Shown: in pieces, positions 51,096-62,546 of the stretch
Numbering within the stretch: the stretch's first letter is position 1
How the letters are laid out: every line of letters begins with the position of its first letter
Assembly: GCA_028826165.1 (NCBI GenBank)
Contig: JAPDFW010000022.1
Coordinates: 248,001-312,000, forward strand
Direction: 5' to 3'
From: Anaeramoeba ignava BMAN
Taxonomy: Eukaryota > Protista > Anaeramoebae
DNA: 64,000 bases
Position numbers and translations under genes: made by a program
Notes under the pieces: model-generated
Seen by the model: only the letters and a program-made list of their open reading frames with translations
What the model was told of the DNA's origin: nothing
The model's database searches: none

Positions 51096-53666
51096 TTAAT
51101 TGTTGTTATTCGTTTTGCTCTTTTTATCTTGCTTTTTTCCTTTTTTGGAAATATTTCTTGAACGTAATAAATTTTCAAAATTATCATTATTATTAGTCCA
51201 AATAACTTGAACATTTCCAGTAATTTTACCACAAGATTGAGTATATTTAGAAATTTTAGCAGTAAAATTAACAGGATCTTTTTCACAAGCTTTTGCCAAA
51301 CTAATAATACCCCAACCAGCACAATCATTCTTTTTTACCAAATCAGGATCATTAACTGTGATATGAATAAATGATTTGATAAGATAATTTGCATTTGAAT
51401 GAAGAGGAACTAAAATTAGGAATATCTGAATTTTTCCAAATGGGATCGTTTGTTTTTTTCACAATTGATGTATCAATTTTGCTTTCCAAAAAAGATGCTT
51501 TGAAAGTCAAGTAAGTGTTATTTGATTTCAGGTCTTTTCCTTTAAGATCTGAAATGATTATTCCACATAATAATCCAACAATTCCTGAAAAAATACTTTG
51601 AGGTGGAGGTGGAAGAAGTGTTTCAATTTCAAATGTACTATAAATTGGGGAATGATCACTTGTTCTAATATCATCACAACATGAATAACTTGTTCTTTTG
51701 ATTTTTGTGTTTGGGAATGATCTAGTTAAAATTCTATCACACCATGAAGGAATACGATTTCTTTGTTTTGAGTAAGTTCTTGGATGATCAAAATTTCCTT
51801 TTTGATTTTTATTTTCAATTTCAATTTCATTTTCATTAAAAGAAACTTTTTTTGGATTATTTTCATTTTGATTTTCATTTTCATTTTGATTTTGATTTTG
51901 ATTTTGATTTTGATTTTCATTTTGATTTTCATTTTGATTTTGATTTTCATTTTGATTTTGATTTTGATTTTGATTTTCATTTTGATTTTGATTTTGATTT
52001 TCATTTAAATTTTGATTTTCATTTAAATTTTGATTTTCATTTTGATTTTGATTTTGATTATTTTCATTTTGATTGGTTTTTTTTTGAAGACCAATTTGTT
52101 GTCGAGTTAAATCTATTGATTTTTGAACACTAACATTATATTGAGTTAAATCTATTGATTTTTGAATAAACCTTGAAAATTTCATTGAAATTTCAGGATC
52201 ATATTTATAAGTTGGTGGAAAAGAAGGATGAGGTTCAATAAATCCTTGAAATACTCTTTTTTCTTTCATTTCAAGAGTTAATTGATCAGCTTCTAATAAA
52301 CCTTCATAATTTTTTTTTTCAATTTCAGAAACAACTCTTTCAATTGGATTTTCTCTTTTAACATCAAGTCTATAATTTAAATCACCCATCCAAAAAATAT
52401 GATGAAATTGATTAAAAATATCAAAGATTGGTAATCCAATTTTAGCTTTCTCAACAATACTTGTATAATCTTGATTTCTTTGGGAAACATTTTCAAGATG
52501 AGCAGCAAGATGACTTGAAATAAAGCAAACAGGAGTATGATCAATTTTAAAAGAAATCAAAACACCTAATAGATTTTTGAATATAAAATAATAAATATTA
52601 AATAATAAATATAAAATATTAAATAATAAATATTAGATATTAAATATTAAATATTAAATAATAAATATTAAATATTAAATATTAAATAATAAATATTAAA
52701 TATTAAATATTAAATAATAAATATTAAATAATAAATATTAAATAATAAATAATAAATATTAAATAATAAATATTAAATAATAAATATTAAATATTAAATA
52801 ATAAATATTAAATATTAAATATTAAATAATAAATATAAATATTAAATATTAAATATTAAATATTAAATATTAAATATTAAATATTAAATATTAAATAATA
52901 AATATTAAATAATAAATATTAAATATTAAATAATAAATATTAAATATTTGGAATCTTCACCTCCTTTGTTTCCAAAAAGTCCACCAACACCAGTCATTAC
53001 ATAATTACTATCAATACTCGAAAAGGCATCTTTAAGTGACTTTTTAACAAAAATAAACAAACGAATCATATACATTGATTGATAAGCAAGAACAGTATAA
53101 TTTGAGCCAAGATGAGACTGAAATCTTTCAAGCAAATCATCCTCACAAGAAGAAGATTTTTTTTCTTCATTTTTTGAAGGAATTGAATAATTACTTTCTT
53201 GAAGAGAAAAAGCATAAATATCAAAAATATCACGAGGAATCCAAGGAGATAAATCATCAGGCGGAGTACTTTCACCCATATTCCAAGAACCAGTAAAAAT
53301 ATTGAATTTTTCTGTTGATTTTTCTTTTGTTGCTCTTCTTTTAAGTTTGACAACTGATTTTTCCTTTTGTGAATCTTCAACAGAATCTTTGAGTATATTT
53401 ATTGCCTCACAGAAACGCTCCCTTGCAGTTCCAGACTCAAATTCATATTCATTTGGCTTCTTTTGCTTTTTGAACCAAACCTTAAGTTTCGGTAAATCAA
53501 AATTTTTTTCGAATTTTTCAACTTGATTTTTTTTTTTGATAATTTTTAAATCTTTTGCATCTAAAATTGTAACTGTTAGATCTTCATTTAATTCAAGGAT
53601 TATGTTTTTAGAAAACACTCCAGTTTGGATTACTTTTACTTGATGAAATGCTGTTAAACTTATCAT
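51096..53666 (-). CDS. SHIP-like inositol polyphosphate 5-phosphatase (PH-like, 5-phosphatase, C2; no SH2); intron 52566-52960, frame break near 51417
   Basis: GSWNMG, GNKGGV, SSHLAAH, FWMGDLNYR, DQL, FPPTYKY, PSWCDRIL, SDHSP; C2-like C-terminus continues in the +1 frame. Confidence 0.9.
52585..52948. repeat. Intronic 7-bp repeat (AAATATT/AAATAAT)n
   Basis: Fills the 5-phosphatase intron. Confidence 0.9.
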
Positions 53667-53835
53667 TGAAAAAAAAAATAATAAAAATAAAAAAAAATGA
53701 AAAATAAAAATGAAAAAAAAATTTTAAATTAATTTTTACCATTTTTTTATTTTTTTCCAATTTTTCTATTTTTCATTTTTTTTTTCCACTTTTTTTTTTA
53801 AATTTATTTTATTTATTTTTATTATTATTTTTATT

Positions 53836-56800
53836 ATGGATTGGTTTACAAATATTGAATTATTCTTTAATGATTTTGATTTAAAACCTTCTCCTTCAAA
53901 TTTTTTAAATTCATTAGTTAATGAATATTTAAATACATTAACAAAATTTCAAGAAAAAATTTCAATAAAAAAACATTTAAAAAAAGGTAAAATATTTTTA
54001 ATTTAAAAAGCAAAAAAAAAAAGGAAAAAAATTCGGAAAAAAAAAATTTAAATTAAAAAATAAAATAGATAAAGTTATTGATTCTCATATAATTCAAGTT
54101 TATAAAATAACAGAAATTGAAACTAAAATTGATTTTGCAATTACAAATTGTGATATTCAAGAAGCACTTAAAATTTTTTATAAATTACTTGAAACAAAAA
54201 TTGATTTCAAAAGCTCTCAATGGAGAAATAATGAAGTTCAAAAGAGATTTTTTAAAAATAAAATATTTGAATGGATTTACAAACTTTTTTTCTTTCAATT
54301 CCAACAACAAAATCTTTCAAATACTCAATATTATTTTTTAATTTGTTATCTTCTTGTTGTTATTGATCATTTCTCTTTTTTTCAAATTGAAAAACTATTC
54401 TTTTTTCCTAATTTAAATTTTGGACCAATTACATTTGATTTATTTATTAATACTTTTCAGTTAATTTTCAAAATTCAGGAACATAAAATAATGGAATTAA
54501 AAAAGGAAAAACAACAAAATAATCAACACAAACATAAACATAAACATAAACATAAACACAAACATAAACATAAACACAAAAATAATCAAAATCAAAATCA
54601 AAATCCAAATCAAAATCAAAATCAAAATGAAAATCAAAATCAAAATCAAAATCAAAATCAAAATCAAAATCAAAATCAAAATCAAAATCAAAATCAAAAT
54701 CAAAATTTAAATGAAAATGAAAATGAAAATCAAAATGAAAATCAAAATGAAAATCAAAATGAAAATGAAAATCAAAATGAAAATAATCAAAATCAAAATC
54801 AAAATCAAAATCAAAATGAAAATCAAAATTTAAATCAAAATCAAAATCAAAATTTAAATCAAAATCAAAATCAAAATCAAAATCAAAATCAAAATCAAAA
54901 TCAAAATCAAAATCAAAATCAAAATCAAAATCAAAATCAAAATCAAAATCAAAATCAAAATCAAAATCAAAATTTAAATCAAAATGAAAATCAAAATCAA
55001 AATCAAAATCAAAATCAAAATGAAAATGAAAATGAAAATGAAAATCAAAATGAAAATCAAAATCAAAATCAAAATCAAAATCAAAATCAAAATCAAAATC
55101 AAAATGAAAATCAAAATCAAAATCAAAATCAAAATGAAAATCAAAATCAAAATGAAAATGAAAATCAAAATTTAAATCAAAATGAAAATCAAAATCAAAA
55201 TCAAAATGAAAATCAAAATCAAAATCAAATTCAAATTCAAAATCAAAATCAAAATCAAAATCAAAATGAAAATAATCAAAATCAAAATCAAAATCAAAAT
55301 CAAAATCAAAATCAAAATCAAAATCAAATTCAAAATCAAAATCAAAATCAAAATCAAAATCAAAATCAAAATCAAAATCAAAATTTAAATTCAGATACAT
55401 ATTCAGATACTTATTCAGATACATATTCAGATACTTATTCAGATACTTATTCAGATACTTATTCAGATACATATTCATATACTTATTCAGATACATATTC
55501 ATATACTTATTCAGATACTTATTCAGATACATATTCAGATACATATTCAAATTCAAGTTCAAATTCAAGTTCAAATTCAAATTCAAATTCAAATTCAAAT
55601 TCAAATTCAAATGAAAAAGAAAACAAAAATAAAAATTATTCATTTTTTGAGCAAGAATACTATATTCTCCTTATCAACAAACTTCCATTTGAACAATTTT
55701 ATCGTTTCATTTTAGATCCACAACAGCATGGAAGAAAAAAAATATTGATAAAAACTCAAAAATTCTTTATTTTTCTTGTTAAATTAATGCAAATAATACC
55801 GAAAAATTTTAATAACCTTTTACGAATAATATCCACAAAACTTGCTCAAATTTCAAATTTCTTACAAAATATCCTGCGAAAACAAAAATTTTTTTGGGAT
55901 TCAGAATCAAAACAAAACAAAATTGATTTTTTATCGTTTCTATCAATACAATCATTAATGGAAATACCAGATAATACTAAGAGGAATTTTGGGATTTTAA
56001 CTTTTCGTTTTGTATCTGATAACTGCAAGTGGAGAATTTTGAATTTTTTAACAACAGGAAAAATTATTGATGGGCATTTGGGAGACGAACGAATGAATCA
56101 ATTAAGAAAATCAATTTCCCGATTTGAGAATAAAAAGAATCAGCCAATTATTTTCATTTTTGCTTCTCTTTTAGAATTGTCCCATTTACCTGATTTGAAA
56201 GAAGATATTCTTAGAGAACTTGTTTATGTTGTGAAATATCTTGATAATCAAGATTCCCAGATCAAAATTATTCAACTTATGGATCGGATAAAAAAGAATT
56301 TTCCTGCATATTTAGTTCCGTTTATTAATAGGAACCAAGAAACTCACAATCAATTTGCTTTTTTAGCATTTTCTACTCTTTTTTTAGCAAAATGGAGAAT
56401 TTCTGTTGAACATTTTGAGATCATTTCGGATTGGATATTGAATCACCACAACCAGTCTGTTCTTGCAAGAACTGCGCAAGTAATCATTGATAAACTTGAT
56501 TGGGGGATTGATGATCATATATTCATTCTCAAGCAAAAATTGAATCAAGTTTCAAAACCTGAATTCGACAAAATTTACTTCCTCAATCCAGTAGTTCACA
56601 GGACGATGCTTATTACAATGGGACATTTATGGAATAATTTGGGAAGTTGGGAAGAAAATATAAATATGGAAGAATGGATCATTTCAACTTCTCAAAAGGC
56701 ACAAATTTTTACTCCTTATGGAGAACCAATAGTTCCGACAAAATTAAAATTTCCAGATTCAAAAGAGTTTGCGTATTCCAAAGAAAATTACAAAGAAAGA

Positions 56801-59800
56801 ACAAAGCGGAACCTCATGAAATTGGTTGTTCTCATGACAACCGATGACTTTAGAAATAAATCCGCTGATAGAATTGCTAGAATTCTTGATAAGTTCAAAA
56901 AAGATTCTCGATTTTGCCATTTTTTGTTCTATTTTTTGCATCACCAAATAGCATACTCGTTACAAAAAGCACAAATAAAAGCAACAAAAAATGAGATGAA
57001 AGCCTTGGAGAAAAAGAAAAAGAATATAAACAAGAATACACACTCCAGGATTATTGAGGAAGCTAGGGCAAAAGCAAATTTAAATCAAGCAAGAAAAATT
57101 GCGACAATTATCAATAAAACAAGTATATTCCTTATAGAAGGAGATGAACGCAAGAATTCCAATAAAGGAATAGGGAATGTTGCGTATTTCCAGCTTTGTT
57201 TGTGGGGATATCACCAATCAAAAAATGAAAGAAAAAGAACCAGAAATCAAAATCAAAATCAAAATCAAAATGGAAATGAAAATCCAAATGAAAATCCAAA
57301 TCCAAATGAAAATCAAAATCAAAATCAAAATCAATTTTTCCAAATCAAAAAATGGCATCAAGACCAAACATTAGGCTTTAAGAATCGCAATCTTAATTTC
57401 GAAATTTTCAGTCTATTCAAGCGAACAATACCTAATCGAGATTTGATTGAATTTTGGATTAGCGTTGCAATGTATTTAGATGATCAAGAACCAAAACGGA
57501 AGCTGAAATTACTTGAATTTATTTTCCGAAGTTGTTTTCTTTTTGGAAACCGAATTGTTGCTGCCAATTTTTTCAGGAATAACTTGAAAAGATCGCAGAT
57601 TGAAAAACATCTTTTTGATTTTGATGTTCCTTGCGCATCTTCAGTTCCTTTATTTTATCTCGAGGTTTCCATTATTAACATGCTTGATAATCAAGAAAAA
57701 AGACTTATTGAGGGTCAAAAATACAAAGAAAACAACAGATCATTCTCCAAAAATACGCTTGAAATTGCGCAGTATTGGGTCAGATATTTGAAGAATTATG
57801 AAAAGAAGAAATTCACGCCTGTATATTTCCAATTGATTCCAATTGGGTTTCAGTTGTTCTTTTTATGGTATTTCGGGACATCTTATAGATACACACAATC
57901 ATCCTTCATTTCCAAAAACGGTGAACAAATATTTACTTTCCTTTCACGAAATTCTTGGTTCGGGAAAGATTTATTTGAGAAAATGAGTCAATCCTTTGAG
58001 ATTTCTTATCAAAAAATAGTCAATTATGCTCTTGATTATTCGATAGAGCAATATAAATCAATCCAAAATCAATCAACTCAAAGAGAGCAGAACCTTCTCG
58101 AGATTTTCAATGCAATGAAGCAATGGATCCAGGAAACAGATCCCAAAGAATTACTGGAAAAGGCTGTTGATAATCAGCAACTTTACCAGCTTGATTACTT
58201 GATGAGAACTCTGAATTGTTTTGTTCATAAAAAATTCATTAGCGAAACAAATCAAGAGGTGAAACCGTTGATATCTCCTAATTCTATTAGGTATCAACCA
58301 CGCTACAAAAAAGTAGAATCATTTAGTTCAATTCATTCATTTCAAAATATTCAACCTTTCAGAACTTTCCATTCTTTTGAATCAATTCAATCAAGTAAAT
58401 CGACCCAATCTGACGAATCTAATGAGAACATCAAAACTGAGAAAGATCTGTGGGAAGAGTTTTATTTACTTTTTGAAGATGAATTATGGTTTGATTTGAT
58501 TGATCAAAGAAAAATGTGGGTTAATTTGTCAAATGTTGCTGAGAGATATTTTCTGATTCAAAATTCTCAGCTTCCTAAAAAAAAAGATGCCCAAAAACAG
58601 AAACCCATTTGGACTTATTATCTTAAAAATTTTGGAGTGTGTCATTTTGATGATGTTGTTTATCAATTGCAAAATCCATTACCAAATCCTCTTTTTCAAC
58701 AGAATGACATTAAGGTTTTATTGAATGAATTAGAGCAAATTGCTGAGGTTTATCGAAAGGAAATATCTGATGAGTATTTAGCTCAAAGATATTGCAATTA
58801 TCTTGAAGTTGAACGAATTTTTGAATATTTGGAAGTTTTAAAGATTCCTATTATTCAACGAAATCAAAATCAAAATCAAAATCAAAATCAAAATCAAAAT
58901 CAAAATCAAAATCAAAATCAAAATCAAAATCAAAATCAAAATCAAAATCAAAATCAAAATCAAAATCAAAATCAAAATCAAAATCAAAATCAAAATCAAA
59001 ATCAAAATCAAAATCAATTTAAAATTCCTTTTAATATCAAATTCCATATAAAATTGTTGACTCGGGAAAAAAAGTAATAGAACAACAAATCCGCACAGAT
59101 TATAAAATGAATAAAAAAAAAGAAAATACACTAATTAAAATGTATCAAAGGCATGAAAGACAGAAGGAAATCCAAATTTATATCGACAACCAAATGAAAA
59201 ATCTAGAACAAAACCAAAACCAAAACCCAAAACAAATCCAACAACAAAAACAAATCCAAAACCAAAGCCCAAAACAATTCAAAAATTCAAAACAAATCCA
59301 ACAACAAAAACAAATCCAAAACCAAAACCAAAAAAGTAATTACCTATTTGATTGGATCCCAAAACATCTAAAAGTAACAAAACCCATTGCAGAAAAATTA
59401 ATACAAATTGAATTGATAATTAATAAATCCCTTTTCCATAAACATGACCCATTTAGTGAAGATTGCGAACACTGCAATAATTTACTAACAAAATTACAGA
59501 ATATTTTCGAAACAAAACTGGAAATTCTAGACTCTTTTCCAATAACAAGAAACAAAATACTAAAGACAAACTTAAGGAATATCACAACAAAATTAGTACA
59601 AACAAGACCATCCGAACTTGCAACACTTCTGGGAAACGAATTCGCCAAAAATCCAAAAAATGTTAAATGGATCATCAACTTTTTTTTCCCGAATAAAGCC
59701 AAAAATAAGGTTTTTGTACATCAATTCGAAATGATAATAGAAAAACAAGTTCACAATTCCAATTTGCTTCTCAGATTTGATTTCGAACTTTGGATCAGAA

Positions 59801-62400
59801 CAAAACCACCAATTAATTTAATTCAAAAAGTGATTGTTGCCATTTTTAAAGGAACTACTCAAAAAAATTCTAATGACTTCAAATCAGAAAGGAAAAAAAG
59901 TTTGGAATTTATTGTTCAGAGTTATCCTTCACTTTTCCCATTTGCAATTTCCAAACTTTTGGATTTGGAGTTTACAACAGAATATTGCCAACAATTGTGG
60001 AAAGCTCTTCTCGAAGTCTTCCAAAAAACAAAATTGAATTTTTCTGAGTTGATCCACATTATGAAGATTTTCTCATCAAGAATTTCGAGAATTCGCGATA
60101 CAATCAAGCAAGAAATTGAGAACAAAATGAAAAACGATCAAACCACAGAAACAACAATCCCACGCACTCTTTATAATTCCTTCCCTAAATGGTTTTTCAC
60201 ATCAAATATGAATTTTTTGGGAACCATCTATTCAACCAAAAATCTTGATTTATTTGTTGATTCATTGAAGGATCAAAAACCGAACTCAAAAACAAAACAA
60301 AACGAGTTAGTTGATACTTTGATTGGTTTGCTGTTCCAACTTTATGATCCTTGGATAAGCAAATTTGAAATTGAGCTTGATTCCAACACCAAAAATAAGA
60401 AAATCAAAAAGGATTTGCTCTACAACCCAGGAAAAGATGACGAGAGCAACTTTTCCAAGATTTCACAAAAGTTTTATGAGACATTCAAAAAAATTCTCTT
60501 GAAATTCCCAAACGATTTCCTGTTTATTCACTTCTTCTTGCATTTTTTCCGAAATTCCCCCAAATATGATCCACTCGTTGAAATGCTCACGAAAAAACTG
60601 AAAAAGACACTAAAGCTTGTTGAGCATAAATGCCCTCCACTCGATTTACTGGAAAATTTCTTGGGCACACTTCTGGAAAAGGATATATCAAATCGAATCG
60701 CACTTATTGTCCTGCGCAAAATTCATTTGGGAAATTCTATATCGATGCTTGAAGAAATTTACTCACAAAAAAACCATTCAGACAAATACTGGCGGCATCG
60801 ATACGACCAAATGTGGTTCAGATTAATTATTCAGCTTGTGACTTCTGTTAATTACTACGAATTCAATTCAATTGAATTGGAGGAAATCAAATCACGCATG
60901 AAAGAAGTATTGTCTCGATCGCTTTCAGAGAATTTTCTGAGCAATTTCTTGCGGGAGAACCCAAATCTTTTGGCAAATATTCTGGTGAAAAAGAGAATGG
61001 AAATCAGGACAGCAACCCCAAATAGCGAAGATCAAGAGAAGGAATTGTATTTTTGGAACAAAATGGAAATTCCTCACTCTTTCCAATTTTACGAAGATAA
61101 ATTCCTCACTGTTTTTTTGTTCATTTGGAGTAAAATCAACTTCTCAAAAGAAATTCTCCACTCTTCTTTCCAAAACACACAATCAAACAACAAAAGCAAG
61201 GCAGTCAAGATTTTTGGAAGTGGGAATTTGGAAGAAACATCATTTAACCAAAACAAAACGCAATTTTTGCAAGAATTCATTTCGTACATGAGCCAACAGT
61301 TCAAAAAAATAGACGCGCAATTCAAATCACCAAGATTTTCTCAAACAGGACCAAGAATAGCAAGAAAAATTGGGTATGTTTTCGCAGAAATCTTCGGCTA
61401 TTTACTGCCATTTCTGATCCTAAGAAAACAGCACAATCAAGATCAAGAAACATTTCAACCCGAAATTGCGTTGATTGGCAAATATCTAAGAAATCTCTTC
61501 AATATGGACTTGAAAATGTTCGACGAGTTCAAGAATCCCTTCCGAAAATGCTTGGAGAAAAAAACACAAGAATTGGGATCAGAATTGATGTTTGAACTGG
61601 CAAATTTTGTATTGAAACTCAACATTTCAACTGGCGAACCATTTAAAAGACGACTGATTATTTACGAATACATTTCAGAATACTTTTTCAAAAACGAGAG
61701 AAGCAACCAAAGAAGGGACGATCTGCCAACTCTTACGTCTCGGATCGGGTACAAATCGATTGAGGACGACTTGCAGGAAAATGGATCGTATTTCATTTTG
61801 TACCAAATTTTAGCGTACAAGTACAATTCTGTCAAAAACGTTGCGTTGAAAACAATTCAATACCAAAAGAACAATTTGATGAATATAATCAAGATCATTT
61901 TGAATTTTATCGTCAAAGCAAAGGAATTTGCGAACGAAGAAGAGAACTGGATGATTCTGTTTGATCTTTCTTTGTATCTTTTGGATAAGTACTCGCAGTT
62001 GTTTGAAAAATACGAGGACGATCCAAACGAATTGAAGGAATTGGAAGATTTGCTTGTGAAGATCCAGCAGAAGTTCGTGATAAAATTGAGGAGTATCCAA
62101 CATGAAAATTCGCGGCTGTTCATGATCTTTCTTGAGCTCGGTTTCTTTGCCAATAGGAATAGGCAAAACAACAGCTCGCTTTATGATCTAAACGTCTTGA
62201 CTAGTGAATTCAAAGAAGGAAGGATATTTGTCCAATTGCGCCAAAAGGAATTGTGGAGAAGTTGCCAAAAGAGAATCGAGAATACAAGATCCTTTGGTTT
62301 TCCGGATTTCTTTCAATATCATCAATTTTTCTTGGTTAAACTTGATGAGAATTTTCTTCAGTTTCTTCAAAAAATGAGAGAACTTTTCTCTTTTCAATAA
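53836..62400 (+). CDS. EPG5: EPG5-like giant autophagy tether with long (NQ)n and (SDTY)n inserts; intron 53988-54068, frame break at 59035-59077
   Basis: ISDWILN........AQVIIDKLDWG...L...VH, FQLFF..YF, FFPN and LL.RFDFELW resemble recalled EPG5 motifs; the two long ORFs are colinear and total ~2800 aa. Confidence 0.62.
54520..55610 (+). repeat. In-frame coding microsatellites: (HK)n, (AATCAA)n = (NQ)n, (TCAGATACATAT)n = (SDTY)n, (SN)n
   Basis: Uninterrupted reading frame through ~1.1 kb of repeats. Confidence 0.88.
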
Positions 62401-62546
62401 ACGATTTGTTTTCAAAAAATTATTTTAAATTTTGTTTTTATTTTCAATCATTAATTAAACAAAGTTAAAAAGAAATTAAACAAAGTTAAAAAGAAATTAA
62501 ACAAAATTAATGAAAGAAAATCAAAATTAATTAAAGAAAATCAAAA

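Noticed and set aside
51395-51425. 5-phosphatase frame break as programmed recoding
   Set aside because: Homology places the shift at CCT-A-ATT, ~65 nt before the stop, with no slippery motif. It looks like an indel error and weakens the recoding reading of the other breaks.
7040-62410. Trichomonas-like TAAA polyadenylation signal overlapping the stop codon
   Set aside because: Present for some genes (HPS1, Hop2, EPG5) but absent for others (Got1, Cys-rich gene, PEN-2, CSN8), and expected by chance at this AT content.
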